Source: Gammaproteobacteria bacterium (GTDB lineage Bacteria; Pseudomonadota; Gammaproteobacteria; Ga0077536). Taken from it: a stretch of 64,000 nt of DNA. The position numbers and the translations under genes are program-made. Location of the stretch: contig CAXXLL010000003.1 in assembly GCA_963662545.2 (NCBI GenBank), forward strand, positions 160,001-224,000. The letters run 5' to 3'. This document shows, piece after piece, positions 39,768-49,891 of the stretch. Each line of letters begins with the position of its first letter. Position 1 is the stretch's first letter. The notes under the pieces were generated by a model. It searched no databases, was not told where the DNA came from, and saw nothing but the letters and a program-made list of their open reading frames with translations.

Positions 39768-39793
39768 TCTTCGTTGACCGCGCCTCGCCGGGA

Positions 39794-41116
39794 TCAGGCA
39801 GGATTCGTCGCAGCCCCCAGTGGTGCTTCGGACCGACGCGGCCCGCCCCCGGACGCCGGCGGCAGACCTTCTACGGCGCTCGTAAACTCGGGATAGGCCT
39901 GCAGTCCGCATTCCGCGAGATCGAGTCCTTCCAGTTCTTCGGCTTCGGAAACGCGGATCCCTACCGTCAGCTTGAGCACCAGCCAAACGGCGAATGACAT
40001 GGTGAACACCCACGTGACGATCGTCGCGATACCGATGAGCTGCACGACGAAGCTCGTATCCGCGTTGGTCAACGGTACGGCCATCAAGCCCCACATCCCG
40101 ACTATGCCGTGCGCCGAGATGGCGCCGACCGGATCGTCGCGGCGAATCTTATCGAGGCCCATGATCGAAAAGACCACGATGCACCCGCCGACCGCGCCGA
40201 TCAGAGTGGCGGCGAGCGGACTCGGCGTCAGCGGTTCGGCCGTGATCGCAACCAGCCCGGCGATCGCTCCGTTCAGCACCATGGTGAGGTCGGCTTTGCG
40301 AAATAGGAGGCGCGATACGATCGCCGCCATGACGGCACCGCCGGCCGCGGCCGTGTTGGTGTTCACGAACACCATGGCGACCGCGTTCGCCTCGCCGACG
40401 TCGGTTAGCTTGAGTTCTGATCCGCCGTTAAAGCCGAACCACCCCATCCACAGGATCAAGGTCCCCAGCGTTGCGAGCGGCAGATTGGCGCCCGGTAATG
40501 CGCGTATTTCACCGTTCCGGCCGTATTTCCCGAGGCGCGGTCCCAGCAGGAGCACACCCGCGAGCGCGGCACAGGCGCCGGTCAGGTGCACCACACCGGA
40601 ACCGGCGAAATCAGAGAAACCGAGTACGTCGAGAAAACCGCCACCCCATTTCCAGTATCCTTGGACCGGATAGATCACCGCGGTCATGACCACGGCGAAT
40701 CCCAGGAAAGACCAGAGCTTCATACGCTCTGCAATGGCGCCGGATACGATGGACATCGCGGTCGCGACGAACACGACCTGAAAGAAAAAGTCGGACAGCT
40801 TCGAATAATAGGGCGCGTCGTCGCCTGTGCCGAGCACGGCTTCAACGGTATTTTCCGCTCCGATCAGAAAACCCAGCGAGGGGATGACCGTACTCGCGGA
40901 TTCGCCGTACATGATCTGGTAGCCGCAGATCAGGTACATGATGCAGGCGATGCTGTAGAGCAATACGTTTTTGGTGAGAATTTCCGCCGTGTGTTTGGCT
41001 CTTGCCAGACCGGCTTCGAGCATGGCAAATCCCGCCGCCATCCACATGACCAAAGCACCCGACACCAGGAAGTAGAATGTATCGAGGGCATAACTGAGTT
41101 CTGTTACCGCATCCAT
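39794..41116 (-). CDS. amtB: Ammonium transporter
   Basis: DFFFQVVF, SIVSGAIAER, DFAGSGVVH, GWFGFNGGS and DDPVGAISAHG. Confidence 0.95.
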   Translation of the reverse strand: MDAVTELSYALDTFYFLVSGALVMWMAAGFAMLEAGLARAKHTAEILTKNVLLYSIACIMYLICGYQIMYGESASTVIPSLGFLIGAENTVEAVLGTGDDAPYYSKLSDFFFQVVFVATAMSIVSGAIAERMKLWSFLGFAVVMTAVIYPVQGYWKWGGGFLDVLGFSDFAGSGVVHLTGACAALAGVLLLGPRLGKYGRNGEIRALPGANLPLATLGTLILWMGWFGFNGGSELKLTDVGEANAVAMVFVNTNTAAAGGAVMAAIVSRLLFRKADLTMVLNGAIAGLVAITAEPLTPSPLAATLIGAVGGCIVVFSIMGLDKIRRDDPVGAISAHGIVGMWGLMAVPLTNADTSFVVQLIGIATIVTWVFTMSFAVWLVLKLTVGIRVSEAEELEGLDLAECGLQAYPEFTSAVEGLPPASGGGPRRSEAPLGAATNPA

Positions 41117-41262
41117 AGAATCACCCTTTTTCGTTAACCTGTGCGCTTACGGCGCCCCTTGAAGATCTCGATACACTGCAGTGCGCCATTCGTAGCAATC
41201 TCGTACAAAACAGGTAAGTCATTGAAATTGAAAGGGAGACCTACCATTAAATCGATCGAAGA

Positions 41263-41309
41263 TGGGCATTAATGGTGCAAAAATCGGAAGTACGCACCCT
41301 TTTGCAGCG
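41263..41309. promoter_or_regulatory. Possible NtrC-type sites upstream of amtB
   Basis: tgggcattaatggtgca has a perfect TGGTGCA half-site; a weaker cgcacc-type site follows. Confidence 0.4.
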
Positions 41310-41342
41310 GAGTGGGTTCGGGACGCGACCCGGCCGGCGCAT

Positions 41343-41450
41343 AAAAAAAAGCCCCGCAGGTGGCGGGGCCTAATAAGAGGAGGCGTTGGGGTGTGAATAC
41401 GCTACGCTCCGGGCCCGGCTAAAACCGGAACTGCTTCGCTTTCGATGTTG
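41343..41450 (-). ncRNA. Candidate small RNA with intrinsic terminator
   Basis: Minus strand: ...ccccaacgcctcctcttatta-ggccccgccacctgcggggc-T8, with no credible minus-strand gene feeding the terminator; 5' end is a guess. Confidence 0.45.
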
Positions 41451-41509
41451 CAAATTGTGAACAATGGGCGGGCCTTTTCCAGTTCGCCTCACTCGAATAC
41501 CCGCACGCC

Positions 41510-42190
41510 ATGCCAGACTTCCCCGTAATACGCGCGCGCGGCGTGCACAAATCCTACCCGGAGGGCGACGGCCGTCACACCGTGATCCGCGGGCTCGATC
41601 TCGATATTCACGCCGGCGAGATCGTCGCGATTTTGGGGCGTAGCGGTTCGGGCAAAACGACCCTGCTCAATCTGATCGGCGCGATGGATCGCCCGAGCGC
41701 CGGCAGCATCCATTTCGGCGGCCGCGACATGTCGGACTGGAGCGACGCTGAGCGCACCCTGTTCCGCCGCCGCCGTCTCGGCTTCGTTTTTCAGGCCTTT
41801 AATTTACTGCCGACCTTGACGGTATGGGAAAACGTCGCCCTGCCCCTGGAATTGAATGCGCGGCCTTTGGACGACCAGGTCTCGCGCCTGCTCGACTCCC
41901 TTGGCTTAGCCGGCGTCGGCGATCGCTTCCCCGATCAGATCTCGGGCGGTGAACAACAGCGCGCGGCGATCGCCCGCGCCGTGGTTCATCAACCGGACCT
42001 CATCATCGCCGACGAACCGACCGGTAATCTCGACCTGGAATCCGGCCGCGAGGTCATCGGCCTGTTCGAAGCTTGCGTGCGTGGTGCCGGCGCCGCATTG
42101 GTGATGGCGACCCACAGCCGCGAGATGAGCGGCAGCGCCGACCGCGTATTAGAGCTGCGGGAAGGATCACTGATGCCGGTCAACGCGTAA
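41510..42190 (+). CDS. ABC transporter ATP-binding protein (LolD/AttE-like)
   Basis: GRSGSGKTT, ISGGEQQR and ADEPTGNLD. Confidence 0.92.
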   Translation: MPDFPVIRARGVHKSYPEGDGRHTVIRGLDLDIHAGEIVAILGRSGSGKTTLLNLIGAMDRPSAGSIHFGGRDMSDWSDAERTLFRRRRLGFVFQAFNLLPTLTVWENVALPLELNARPLDDQVSRLLDSLGLAGVGDRFPDQISGGEQQRAAIARAVVHQPDLIIADEPTGNLDLESGREVIGLFEACVRGAGAALVMATHSREMSGSADRVLELREGSLMPVNA

Positions 42191-44718
42191 TGCTGCTGCT
42201 GCGCTCCAGCCTGCGCTACCTGTCCCTACACTGGGCTCAGTGCCTTCTGGCACTGTCGGGTATCGCGCTAGGTGTTGCCATCGTTATCGGCATGCAAGTG
42301 ACGCAACTGAGCGCGCGCCATGCATTCGCCGCATCGCTGCGCAGTATTTTTGGTTCGGCGACGCATCATGTCGTCGGCATCGGTGGCAAGTTCAGTGAAT
42401 CGCACCTCGCGCACGTTCGAAGGGTTGCGCCCGAACTGCGGCCGACACCGGTGCTGGACGGCGTGGTCCGCTTCGTGGCGGGCGATCGCAAGCTCAGTCT
42501 GCGACTGATCGGCATCGATCCGATCACGGTGGGCAACAGCGGCAACACTCCCGGGTTCGACGTTCGCGCCTTCGTGCGACGCCCGGGAGCCGCGATCATC
42601 AATCGCGACACCGCGCGCCGGCTGGGACTGGCCGCGGGAGATGAATTCGAGATCGAGAATGCCCTGCACAGTGCCCCGCTCCAGGTGCTGGCCGTACTCG
42701 AAAATGAAGGCGGCGACGGCCGGCCCTTCATCGCCAACGACGTCGTGATCGTCGACATCGCGACCGCCCAGGAATCACTGGCCGAGAACGGCGTGTTATC
42801 GCGGATCGAGCTCGACTTGTCGTCGGCCCGCGATCCCGAAGAAGCCGTGGCGAGGGTCACCGCGTCGCTGCCGGACGAATTGATGCTGGTTGAAACCGGC
42901 CGCAATGCGCGCAGTGCGCGGCAATTGACGCGCGCGTTCTACACAAATCTCGATGCCTTGAGTTTGCTCGCGCTGCTCGTCGGCGGTTTCATGATCTACA
43001 ACACCGTGTCGTTTCTCGTGGTGCAACGGTACCGGTTATTTGCGCGCCTGCGCGCGCTCGGCGTCACTCGGATCGGCGTCGCTCGACTGGTGGCCATAGA
43101 AGCCGTCGTGCTCGGCGCGCTCGGCGGACTCTTAGGGATCGCCCTCGGCTACGGCCTGGCAGGCGGCATGATGTCTTCCGTAGCACGCACGGTGCGCGAT
43201 CATTATTTCGATGCCGGCGCCGCGAGCGTCGTTTTTTCCCCGTTGCTGGCCTCCGGTGGTTTCGCGCTTGCGATAGCGGCCACCCTCGCTGCAGCGCTGG
43301 TTCCAGCCTGGGCCGCGGCCCGCGCCGATCCGGTCGATGCGGCGCGTTACTCCTTCGTCGACCGTGCGGCCGGCCGCGGCATGATATGGGCGGAATGGAT
43401 CGGGATCGCCATGGCGTTCGCCGGCGCCTTGATGCTGGCCGGATCTGAGCGTTCGGTCGTCGCGGGCTTCGGCGCCCTCGGCTGCTTCATCCTGGCTTCG
43501 ATGTTGGTGGTTCCTCGCAGCGTGCAGCGCCTGCTGGGATTCCTCGACAAACACTTCGGCCGGCGTCTCGCCCTGGCCGAACGCATGGCGCTCAGGAGCA
43601 CGTCACGTTCCATGGGCCGCATTGGCATGGCGATCGCTGCGCTCATGGCCGCGACCGCCACCAGCATCGGCGTCGGCATCATGGTGGCGAGCTTTCGCAT
43701 GTCGGTGAGCGACTGGCTGGACCATCTCCTGCGTGCCGATCTCTACGTCTCCCAATCCTTCGAGGGACGCGCCTCGCCTGTGATCGGTCGCGAAATCATC
43801 GACGCCTTGTCGTCGCGTGGGGACATCTCCGCGTTGAGCAAAGTGCGTCGAGCCACTGTGGCGAGCGAGCAGGGTGAAATACGGGTGACCGCCTACGAAC
43901 TGCCGCCCGCAGCTCGCAAGGGTTTCCGCTTCCTGCATGGCGACGCTGAACAGGTCTGGAAGAAATGGCGCAACGCGGATCTGGCCATCATTTCAGAACC
44001 CTTCGCCTACCGGCATGAACTCGAAGTGGGTGACGCCGTTCGCCTCAACACCCCAACCGGCTCCGTCGAGTTCGAAGTGGCCGGTGTTTACTCGGACTAC
44101 GGTAGCGATCAGGGCGCACTCGCCGTCAGTCTGGCAAGGTTTTCACGGCACTGGCGCGATACGCGCGTCCACGGGCTCGGCGTTTATCCTGCCGCGGGGA
44201 CCGATCACCGCGTTTTAAAAATAGAGATCGAGCGTCTTCTTGCGGAGACGACGAATCTTTCAGTCTGGTCGAATGCGGAGCTCAAGGCGCAGTCGTTGGC
44301 GGTGTTCGATCGCACGTTCACGATCACGGACGTGCTGACCGTATTCGCCACCCTGATCGCAGCGCTCGGCGTATTCAACGCGATGATGGCCCTGCATCTC
44401 GAACGTGAACGCGAATACGCGGTCATGCAGGCGACCGGGTGTAGTGCCGCCATCATGCGGCGCGGGCTCTACACCCAAGCGCTGATCGTCGGGGTGCTCG
44501 CCGCCCTGTTCGCGCTGCCGGTGGGATGGGGCATCGCGCTTTTGTTGATCGAGGTGATCAACGTGCGTTCATTCGGATGGACGATGGCATTGCATGCGGA
44601 TTATTCCGCGTTGCTTCTTCCGGCGCTGTTTGCGATCGCCGCGGCGATCGCCGCGAGTATCTACCCGGCCGAACGCGTCGTGCGCATCGATCCGGCGGCG
44701 GCGCTGCGCGATGAATAG
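42190..44718 (+). CDS. FtsX/MacB-type ABC permease (AttF/G-like)
   Basis: Two MacB-periplasmic + FtsX halves; FMIYNT and INVRSFGWT; TAATG overlap with the ATPase gene. Confidence 0.88.
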   Translation: MLLLRSSLRYLSLHWAQCLLALSGIALGVAIVIGMQVTQLSARHAFAASLRSIFGSATHHVVGIGGKFSESHLAHVRRVAPELRPTPVLDGVVRFVAGDRKLSLRLIGIDPITVGNSGNTPGFDVRAFVRRPGAAIINRDTARRLGLAAGDEFEIENALHSAPLQVLAVLENEGGDGRPFIANDVVIVDIATAQESLAENGVLSRIELDLSSARDPEEAVARVTASLPDELMLVETGRNARSARQLTRAFYTNLDALSLLALLVGGFMIYNTVSFLVVQRYRLFARLRALGVTRIGVARLVAIEAVVLGALGGLLGIALGYGLAGGMMSSVARTVRDHYFDAGAASVVFSPLLASGGFALAIAATLAAALVPAWAAARADPVDAARYSFVDRAAGRGMIWAEWIGIAMAFAGALMLAGSERSVVAGFGALGCFILASMLVVPRSVQRLLGFLDKHFGRRLALAERMALRSTSRSMGRIGMAIAALMAATATSIGVGIMVASFRMSVSDWLDHLLRADLYVSQSFEGRASPVIGREIIDALSSRGDISALSKVRRATVASEQGEIRVTAYELPPAARKGFRFLHGDAEQVWKKWRNADLAIISEPFAYRHELEVGDAVRLNTPTGSVEFEVAGVYSDYGSDQGALAVSLARFSRHWRDTRVHGLGVYPAAGTDHRVLKIEIERLLAETTNLSVWSNAELKAQSLAVFDRTFTITDVLTVFATLIAALGVFNAMMALHLEREREYAVMQATGCSAAIMRRGLYTQALIVGVLAALFALPVGWGIALLLIEVINVRSFGWTMALHADYSALLLPALFAIAAAIAASIYPAERVVRIDPAAALRDE

Positions 44719-45859
44719 CAGCACCGTCCTCAGCGCAATTCTCGTCATCGCGGTACTCACCGTCGGCGCCACTTTGTTCGTGCAATACGGGCACCGCCCG
44801 CCGCCGCCGGTGTCGTCGGCATCGACGACGATCGATCTGCTGGCCGAAGTCGTCGGCAGCGATGCATTCGAACGCGCCGATGCGGTGCGGGCATTCCAAT
44901 TTCCGCGTGACCACGGCATGCACGAAGAATTCCGCACCGAGTGGTGGTACTTCACCGGGCATTTGACTGACGCCGAACAGCGGCCCTACGGCTTCCAGTT
45001 CACCCTGTTTCGGTTCGAACTCGACGACGATAAGCACGCTTCAGAATCGGCGTGGCGAACGCCACGCGTGTTTCTCGGACATTTCGCCATCACGGATATC
45101 GGCAGCGGGAAGTTTTACGCGTTCGAGCGCATGAGCCGGGCCTTTCCGGGGATCGCCGGCGCCAGCATCGATCCGCAGGCCGTGTGGCTCGATGACTGGC
45201 GGGTGGAATTCGACGGCGACGCGCATTGGTCACTGCACGCACGACATGACACGGTGGAACTCGAGCTCACACTCGCCCCCCTGACCCCGGTCGTGGCCCA
45301 GGGTGAAGGCGGGCTCTCGCGGAAAAGCGCGGCGCGCGGCAACGCCTCTTATTACTACTCCATTCCCCGCCTGCACGCGCGCGGCGTACTGCGCCTGCCG
45401 TCGGGCGAACACGCTGTTGAGGGCGAGGCATGGCTCGATCGCGAGTGGAGCACGAGCGCGCTCGACCGTGATCTGGTGGGATGGGACTGGTTTGCCCTGC
45501 AGTTCGAAGATTCGAGCACGCTCATGTTTTACCGGCTGCGGCGCCGCGACGGGAAGCCCGATCCGTACAGCGCGGGTAGTTATATCTCGGCCAGCGGAGA
45601 AGCGATCACGCTCGGCGCGGACGACGTACGCATCGAGGTCGCATCGACCTGGACGAGCGACGTGACGCGAACAAGGTATCCGAGCGCCTGGAAAATCGAA
45701 GTCGAGGAACTCGACCTGTCGGTCAGCATCGTGCCGCGAGTAGCGGCGCAGGAATGGCAAGGCCAGTTCCGCTACTGGGAAGGTGCCGCGTCATTTACCG
45801 GCAAGCGCGGGTCAACCGCGGTCGGTGGTCTGGCCTACGTGGAATTGACGGGTTATTGA
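44711..45859 (+). CDS. AttH/CrtC-like lipocalin-domain protein
   Basis: FPRDHG.H..FRTEWWYFTG, SYYYS, AWLDREWS, GWDWF, YWEG and YVELTGY. Confidence 0.88.
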   Translation: MNSSTVLSAILVIAVLTVGATLFVQYGHRPPPPVSSASTTIDLLAEVVGSDAFERADAVRAFQFPRDHGMHEEFRTEWWYFTGHLTDAEQRPYGFQFTLFRFELDDDKHASESAWRTPRVFLGHFAITDIGSGKFYAFERMSRAFPGIAGASIDPQAVWLDDWRVEFDGDAHWSLHARHDTVELELTLAPLTPVVAQGEGGLSRKSAARGNASYYYSIPRLHARGVLRLPSGEHAVEGEAWLDREWSTSALDRDLVGWDWFALQFEDSSTLMFYRLRRRDGKPDPYSAGSYISASGEAITLGADDVRIEVASTWTSDVTRTRYPSAWKIEVEELDLSVSIVPRVAAQEWQGQFRYWEGAASFTGKRGSTAVGGLAYVELTGY

Positions 45860-45888
45860 ATCGTGCCGGCGGGCGTTGCGCTTTAGCG

Positions 45889-47289
45889 TTAAGACGCGAG
45901 TTCGTAGCAGGGATGATAGACACTCCCCGGCAGGCGCATGCGCTGCTGCTGAACAAACCCGGTCAACAATTCGTCGAGCGCCTGCATGATCTGGCGATCT
46001 CCGGTGAGTTGAAACGGTCCGTGCGCTTCGACGGCCGCGATACCGTCATCCTTGACGTTCCCCGCGACGAGCCCGGAAAACACGCGCCGAAGGTTCGAGG
46101 CCAATTCGTGCGGCTGAAGTCGGCGTGATATTTCGAGTGCGGACATCGCCGCGTGGGTGGCCGGGAACGGCGCCTGGTAATCTCCCGTCACATTCAGCCC
46201 CCAGTTGAAATACGGTGCGTCGTCGTGGTTGTCGCGATACTGAAAGACGTCCCCAATGGCTGATGCCTGCAGTTGTGCAACCCCGTGCGGGTCACCGATG
46301 ATAATGCGATAACGCGTAGCGCTCTCGGCGCCCAGTACACCCCGGATGAATTCGTCGAGTGACTCGAAGTACGGGGCGCTTTCTTGCGGTCCGGTCAGGA
46401 CGACCGGCAGCGGCTGATGGAGATTGTCCGGATGCGCGAGCAGGCCCAGCAGGTAGAGGATCTCTTCAGTCGTACCCACGCCACCGGGAAAGATCACGAT
46501 GCCGTGCGCAAGGCGCACGAACGCTTCGAGCCGTTTTTCCATGTCCGGCATGATCACGAGCGCGTTCACGATCGGATTCGGCGCCTCGGCCGCGATGATG
46601 CCGGGCTCGGAGATGCCGATATAACGCCCCCGGCTGAGCCGCTGCTTGGCGTGTGCAATCGTCGCGCCCTTCATCGGTCCTTTCATAGCACCGGGCCCGC
46701 AACCGGTACAAATGTCGAGTCCCCGCAGGCCTAGTGCATAGCCGACTTCCTTGCTGTAGTCGTACTCAACTCGATCGATGGCATGTCCACCCCAGCACAC
46801 CACCACGCCGCGATCGTTGCCCGGCACTAACAGGCCCGCGTGCCTGAGAATCTTGAACACGGTATCGGTGACGCCCGCGGCCGTTCCCAGGTCGAACTGC
46901 GCACCCTGCTCGAGTTCCTGGGTGTTGTAGACGATATCGCGGAGCACGGCGAACAGGTGCTCGCGCACGCCGTGGATCATCTGCCCGTCGACAAAGGCAA
47001 TCGCCGGCGCATTGCGGAGATCGAGGCGCAGTCCGCGGTCCTCCTGCTCGAGCGTGACGGAGAAATCGTGGTAGCGCTCCAGCAAGGCACGGGCGTCGTC
47101 GATCTCCTCGCCGCTGCTCAGCACGGCGAGCGCACAGCGCCGAAAGAGGTCATTCATGACTGGCGTGCTGCGATCGCACAAGGCATTCACTTCCTGCTGG
47201 GACAGCAGGGCCAGGTTCGATTCCGGCGCGACGCTAGCCCGGGCGACGACCGCGGCGGAGCGCGGCATTTGATCTGACGGAGGGGTCAT
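45889..47289 (-). CDS. ppnN: Pyrimidine/purine nucleotide 5'-monophosphate nucleosidase (LOG family)
   Basis: VVCWGGH, CTGCGPGAMKGPMKGA, EKRLEAFVR and PGGVGTTEE. Confidence 0.92.
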   Translation of the reverse strand: MTPPSDQMPRSAAVVARASVAPESNLALLSQQEVNALCDRSTPVMNDLFRRCALAVLSSGEEIDDARALLERYHDFSVTLEQEDRGLRLDLRNAPAIAFVDGQMIHGVREHLFAVLRDIVYNTQELEQGAQFDLGTAAGVTDTVFKILRHAGLLVPGNDRGVVVCWGGHAIDRVEYDYSKEVGYALGLRGLDICTGCGPGAMKGPMKGATIAHAKQRLSRGRYIGISEPGIIAAEAPNPIVNALVIMPDMEKRLEAFVRLAHGIVIFPGGVGTTEEILYLLGLLAHPDNLHQPLPVVLTGPQESAPYFESLDEFIRGVLGAESATRYRIIIGDPHGVAQLQASAIGDVFQYRDNHDDAPYFNWGLNVTGDYQAPFPATHAAMSALEISRRLQPHELASNLRRVFSGLVAGNVKDDGIAAVEAHGPFQLTGDRQIMQALDELLTGFVQQQRMRLPGSVYHPCYELAS

Positions 47290-47447
47290 GGCTTAAATTA
47301 GCAGTTACGACAAGTAGTTGAAGTTCTTTATTATGATCCTATAATATTTCATTTAAGATCAGCTAATTAAATGATCATAATAAGATCAATTATCAATTAA
47401 AGCGCGTAATCCGCAATATGTGAAGCATAATTCTGGGGTGTGCGGCA

Positions 47448-47687
47448 ATGAGAACGAGACGGGTATCGGAACGCTGGAGCGACCTGGTCGAGGAGCTGAA
47501 GCAACTCGAAGCCTACTTCCCCAACCTGGGGACAGAAACCGATCGCGACGAAATCGAAGCCGAAGTTCAGGACCTGGAAGAACTCATCGCGGCCGCCGGG
47601 GAGGCCGAGGACGAGCATTCGTTGCGTGCCCTGACCTTTCTGCAGACCGAACTCGTCCGCAAGCGCGCCATGCTGGACGGTCTCTGA
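47448..47687 (+). CDS. Small acidic helical hypothetical protein
   Basis: 79-aa ORF with coding-like composition after an AT-rich intergenic region. Confidence 0.55.
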   Translation: MRTRRVSERWSDLVEELKQLEAYFPNLGTETDRDEIEAEVQDLEELIAAAGEAEDEHSLRALTFLQTELVRKRAMLDGL

Positions 47688-47753
47688 TCCCCGCTGATCC
47701 GCGGCCGGCTTCACTCCACACTGTCGTTCTCCATTTCTGCCCACCTCCGGCGT

Positions 47754-49640
47754 ATGATGCCGCGGCACCGCAGGGATCTCACCGTGCCGACCCGACGCCA
47801 TTTCATCCGCTACCTGAGTCTGGCTTCTCTCGCCGCTGCTAGCCGCTTGTCATCGGCAGGACCGGGCGGGCCGCTCGCGAACGTGCGCGGACTCGACTTC
47901 GAGGAAATAGCCCACGGCGTCGACCCGACCCACCACGTTCCGCCGGGGTACGTCGCCCAGGTCCTCCTCCGCTGGGGCGATCCGATCCTGCCGGGGGCAC
48001 CGGCCTGGTCTCCCGGCACTATCAGCGCGGCCGGTCAGGCAACGCAGTTCGGCTATAACAATGATTTCGTCGCCTTCATGCCGCTGCCGCTGGGCAGCGC
48101 CTCCTCGGCCCGGGGTCTTCTTTGCGTCAACCACGAATTTACCAATACGCAATTCATTTGGCCGGGGCTCAATACAATGAACATCAGCCGATCGATGTCG
48201 CGCGAACGCACCGCGGCCGAGATGGCGGCCGTCGGCCATAGCGTAGTTGAGATCGAACTCGGCGCTAGCGGCTGGCGTACCAAAAACAGTCCGTTCAACC
48301 GCCGCCTGACCGCAGACAGCCCGATGCGTCTCTCGGGCCCCGCGGCGGGCCATACGCGTGTTCAAACCAACGAAGACACGCAAGGTTACAACTGCCGCGG
48401 GGTTCTCAATCCGTGCAGCGGCGGCAAAACGCCTTGGAGCACGGTGTTGATCGCCGATGAAAATTTCAACCTGATGTTCGCAGGCCATACACAGGACCGA
48501 CGTGAGCGGCGCAATCATCAACGTTACGGGGTAGGAAGCTCCAATGTCTATTCCTGGTGGCCGCGGCATTTCGAGCGATTCAACGTCGCGCGCGATTCGC
48601 GCGAGGCCAACCGCTTCGGCTGGGTCGTCGAACTCGATCCCTACGAAACTGATTCAATGCCCATAAAACGGACCGCACTCGGGCGCTTCAAGCACGAAGC
48701 TGCGACCTGTGCCCTGAACCGCGACGGCCGCGTCGTCGTCTACCTCGGTGACGACGAAACATTCGAGTACTTATACAAATTCGTCAGTGCGCAGCGCTTC
48801 GATGCATCCGATCGAAGCGCGAACCGGAACCTGCTCGACGAGGGCACGCTCTATACCGCGCGGTTTTACGACGACGGACGGCTCGAGTGGTTGCCGCTGC
48901 GATTCGGCTCGGGCCCGTTGACGCGAGAAAACGACTTTCACGATCAAGGCGAGGTCTTGATCGAAACACGGCGTGCCGCCGACCTCGTGGGAGCTACCAG
49001 GCTAGATCGTCCCGAAGACGTCGAAGCCAATCTGCAGGACGGCGTGATCTATGCGATGTTGACCAACAACACCTCACGGCACATGGACGCGCTCGATGCG
49101 GCGAACCCCCGGTCGCACAACGCCTTCGGTCACATTCTCAAACTGCTGCCGCCCGGGGCTCCCGGCACCGTGGTCGACCATGCGGCCGACGAATTTCAGT
49201 GGGAAATATTCTTGCTCGCGGGAAATCCGGACGAACCCGCGCATCATGCCCGTTACCCGGGCGCGGTGTCGGCGAACGGCTGGTTGGCGTCACCGGACAA
49301 CTGTGCGTTCGACCCTAAAGGCAGGCTGTGGATAGCGAGCGATCAGGGGCGCGGATCAGCCAGAACAGGCATTGCTGACGGCTTGTGGGCCTGTGGGGAG
49401 GACGCAGTCGGTCGCTTCGTGATCAAGCGCTTCTTTCGCGCCCCGATCGGCGCCGAAGTCTGCGGACCCGAATTCACGCCGGACGGCCGCACCCTTTTTC
49501 TGGCAATACAGCATCCGGGCGTCAACGGCGCGGATTATGACCATCCGGGCACGCGCTGGCCGGATTTCGAACACGGCACGCCGCCACGTCCCGCCGTGCT
49601 TGCGATCACGCGTGAGGACGGCGATGAAATCGGTGTTTGA
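47754..49640 (+). CDS. phoX: PhoX-family alkaline phosphatase (Tat substrate)
   Basis: TRRHFI Tat motif; FGYNND, VNHE, KRTALGRFKHE, DRPED, SPDN, AEVCGP and IQHPG. Confidence 0.92.
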   Translation: MMPRHRRDLTVPTRRHFIRYLSLASLAAASRLSSAGPGGPLANVRGLDFEEIAHGVDPTHHVPPGYVAQVLLRWGDPILPGAPAWSPGTISAAGQATQFGYNNDFVAFMPLPLGSASSARGLLCVNHEFTNTQFIWPGLNTMNISRSMSRERTAAEMAAVGHSVVEIELGASGWRTKNSPFNRRLTADSPMRLSGPAAGHTRVQTNEDTQGYNCRGVLNPCSGGKTPWSTVLIADENFNLMFAGHTQDRRERRNHQRYGVGSSNVYSWWPRHFERFNVARDSREANRFGWVVELDPYETDSMPIKRTALGRFKHEAATCALNRDGRVVVYLGDDETFEYLYKFVSAQRFDASDRSANRNLLDEGTLYTARFYDDGRLEWLPLRFGSGPLTRENDFHDQGEVLIETRRAADLVGATRLDRPEDVEANLQDGVIYAMLTNNTSRHMDALDAANPRSHNAFGHILKLLPPGAPGTVVDHAADEFQWEIFLLAGNPDEPAHHARYPGAVSANGWLASPDNCAFDPKGRLWIASDQGRGSARTGIADGLWACGEDAVGRFVIKRFFRAPIGAEVCGPEFTPDGRTLFLAIQHPGVNGADYDHPGTRWPDFEHGTPPRPAVLAITREDGDEIGV

Positions 49641-49728
49641 AGACGTTGAGGTTGGGCCCGTTGAATAGTATTTCGAGGGGCGTCAATGATTCGACCGCAA
49701 GCGGGCTGCTGCGGGTGAGCCGGAAAAA

Positions 49729-49755
49729 GGAAAAGCCATTTAATGTGGCTTTTCC
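49729..49755. terminator. Hairpin between convergent phoX and galU
   Basis: ggaaaagcca-tttaatg-tggcttttcc. Confidence 0.6.
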
Positions 49756-49891
49756 CCGGCGAACGCCCGGCCAGGGATGGCCGGGCTGGAGTTGAACGAA
49801 GCCCGCGCGTTCCCGCCATGGATGGCAGGCACAGAACGATCGACACCAGGAGCCAGCTTGCGGGCGAACAAACCTGTCCAATGAGCTCGGA

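Noticed and set aside
41190-41212. Sigma-54 promoter for amtB
   Set aside because: ttgtacgagattgc lacks the GG-N10-GC arrangement
47320-47400. oriC unwinding element or dif site
   Set aside because: No DnaA boxes, no XerC/XerD consensus and no origin-associated genes nearby
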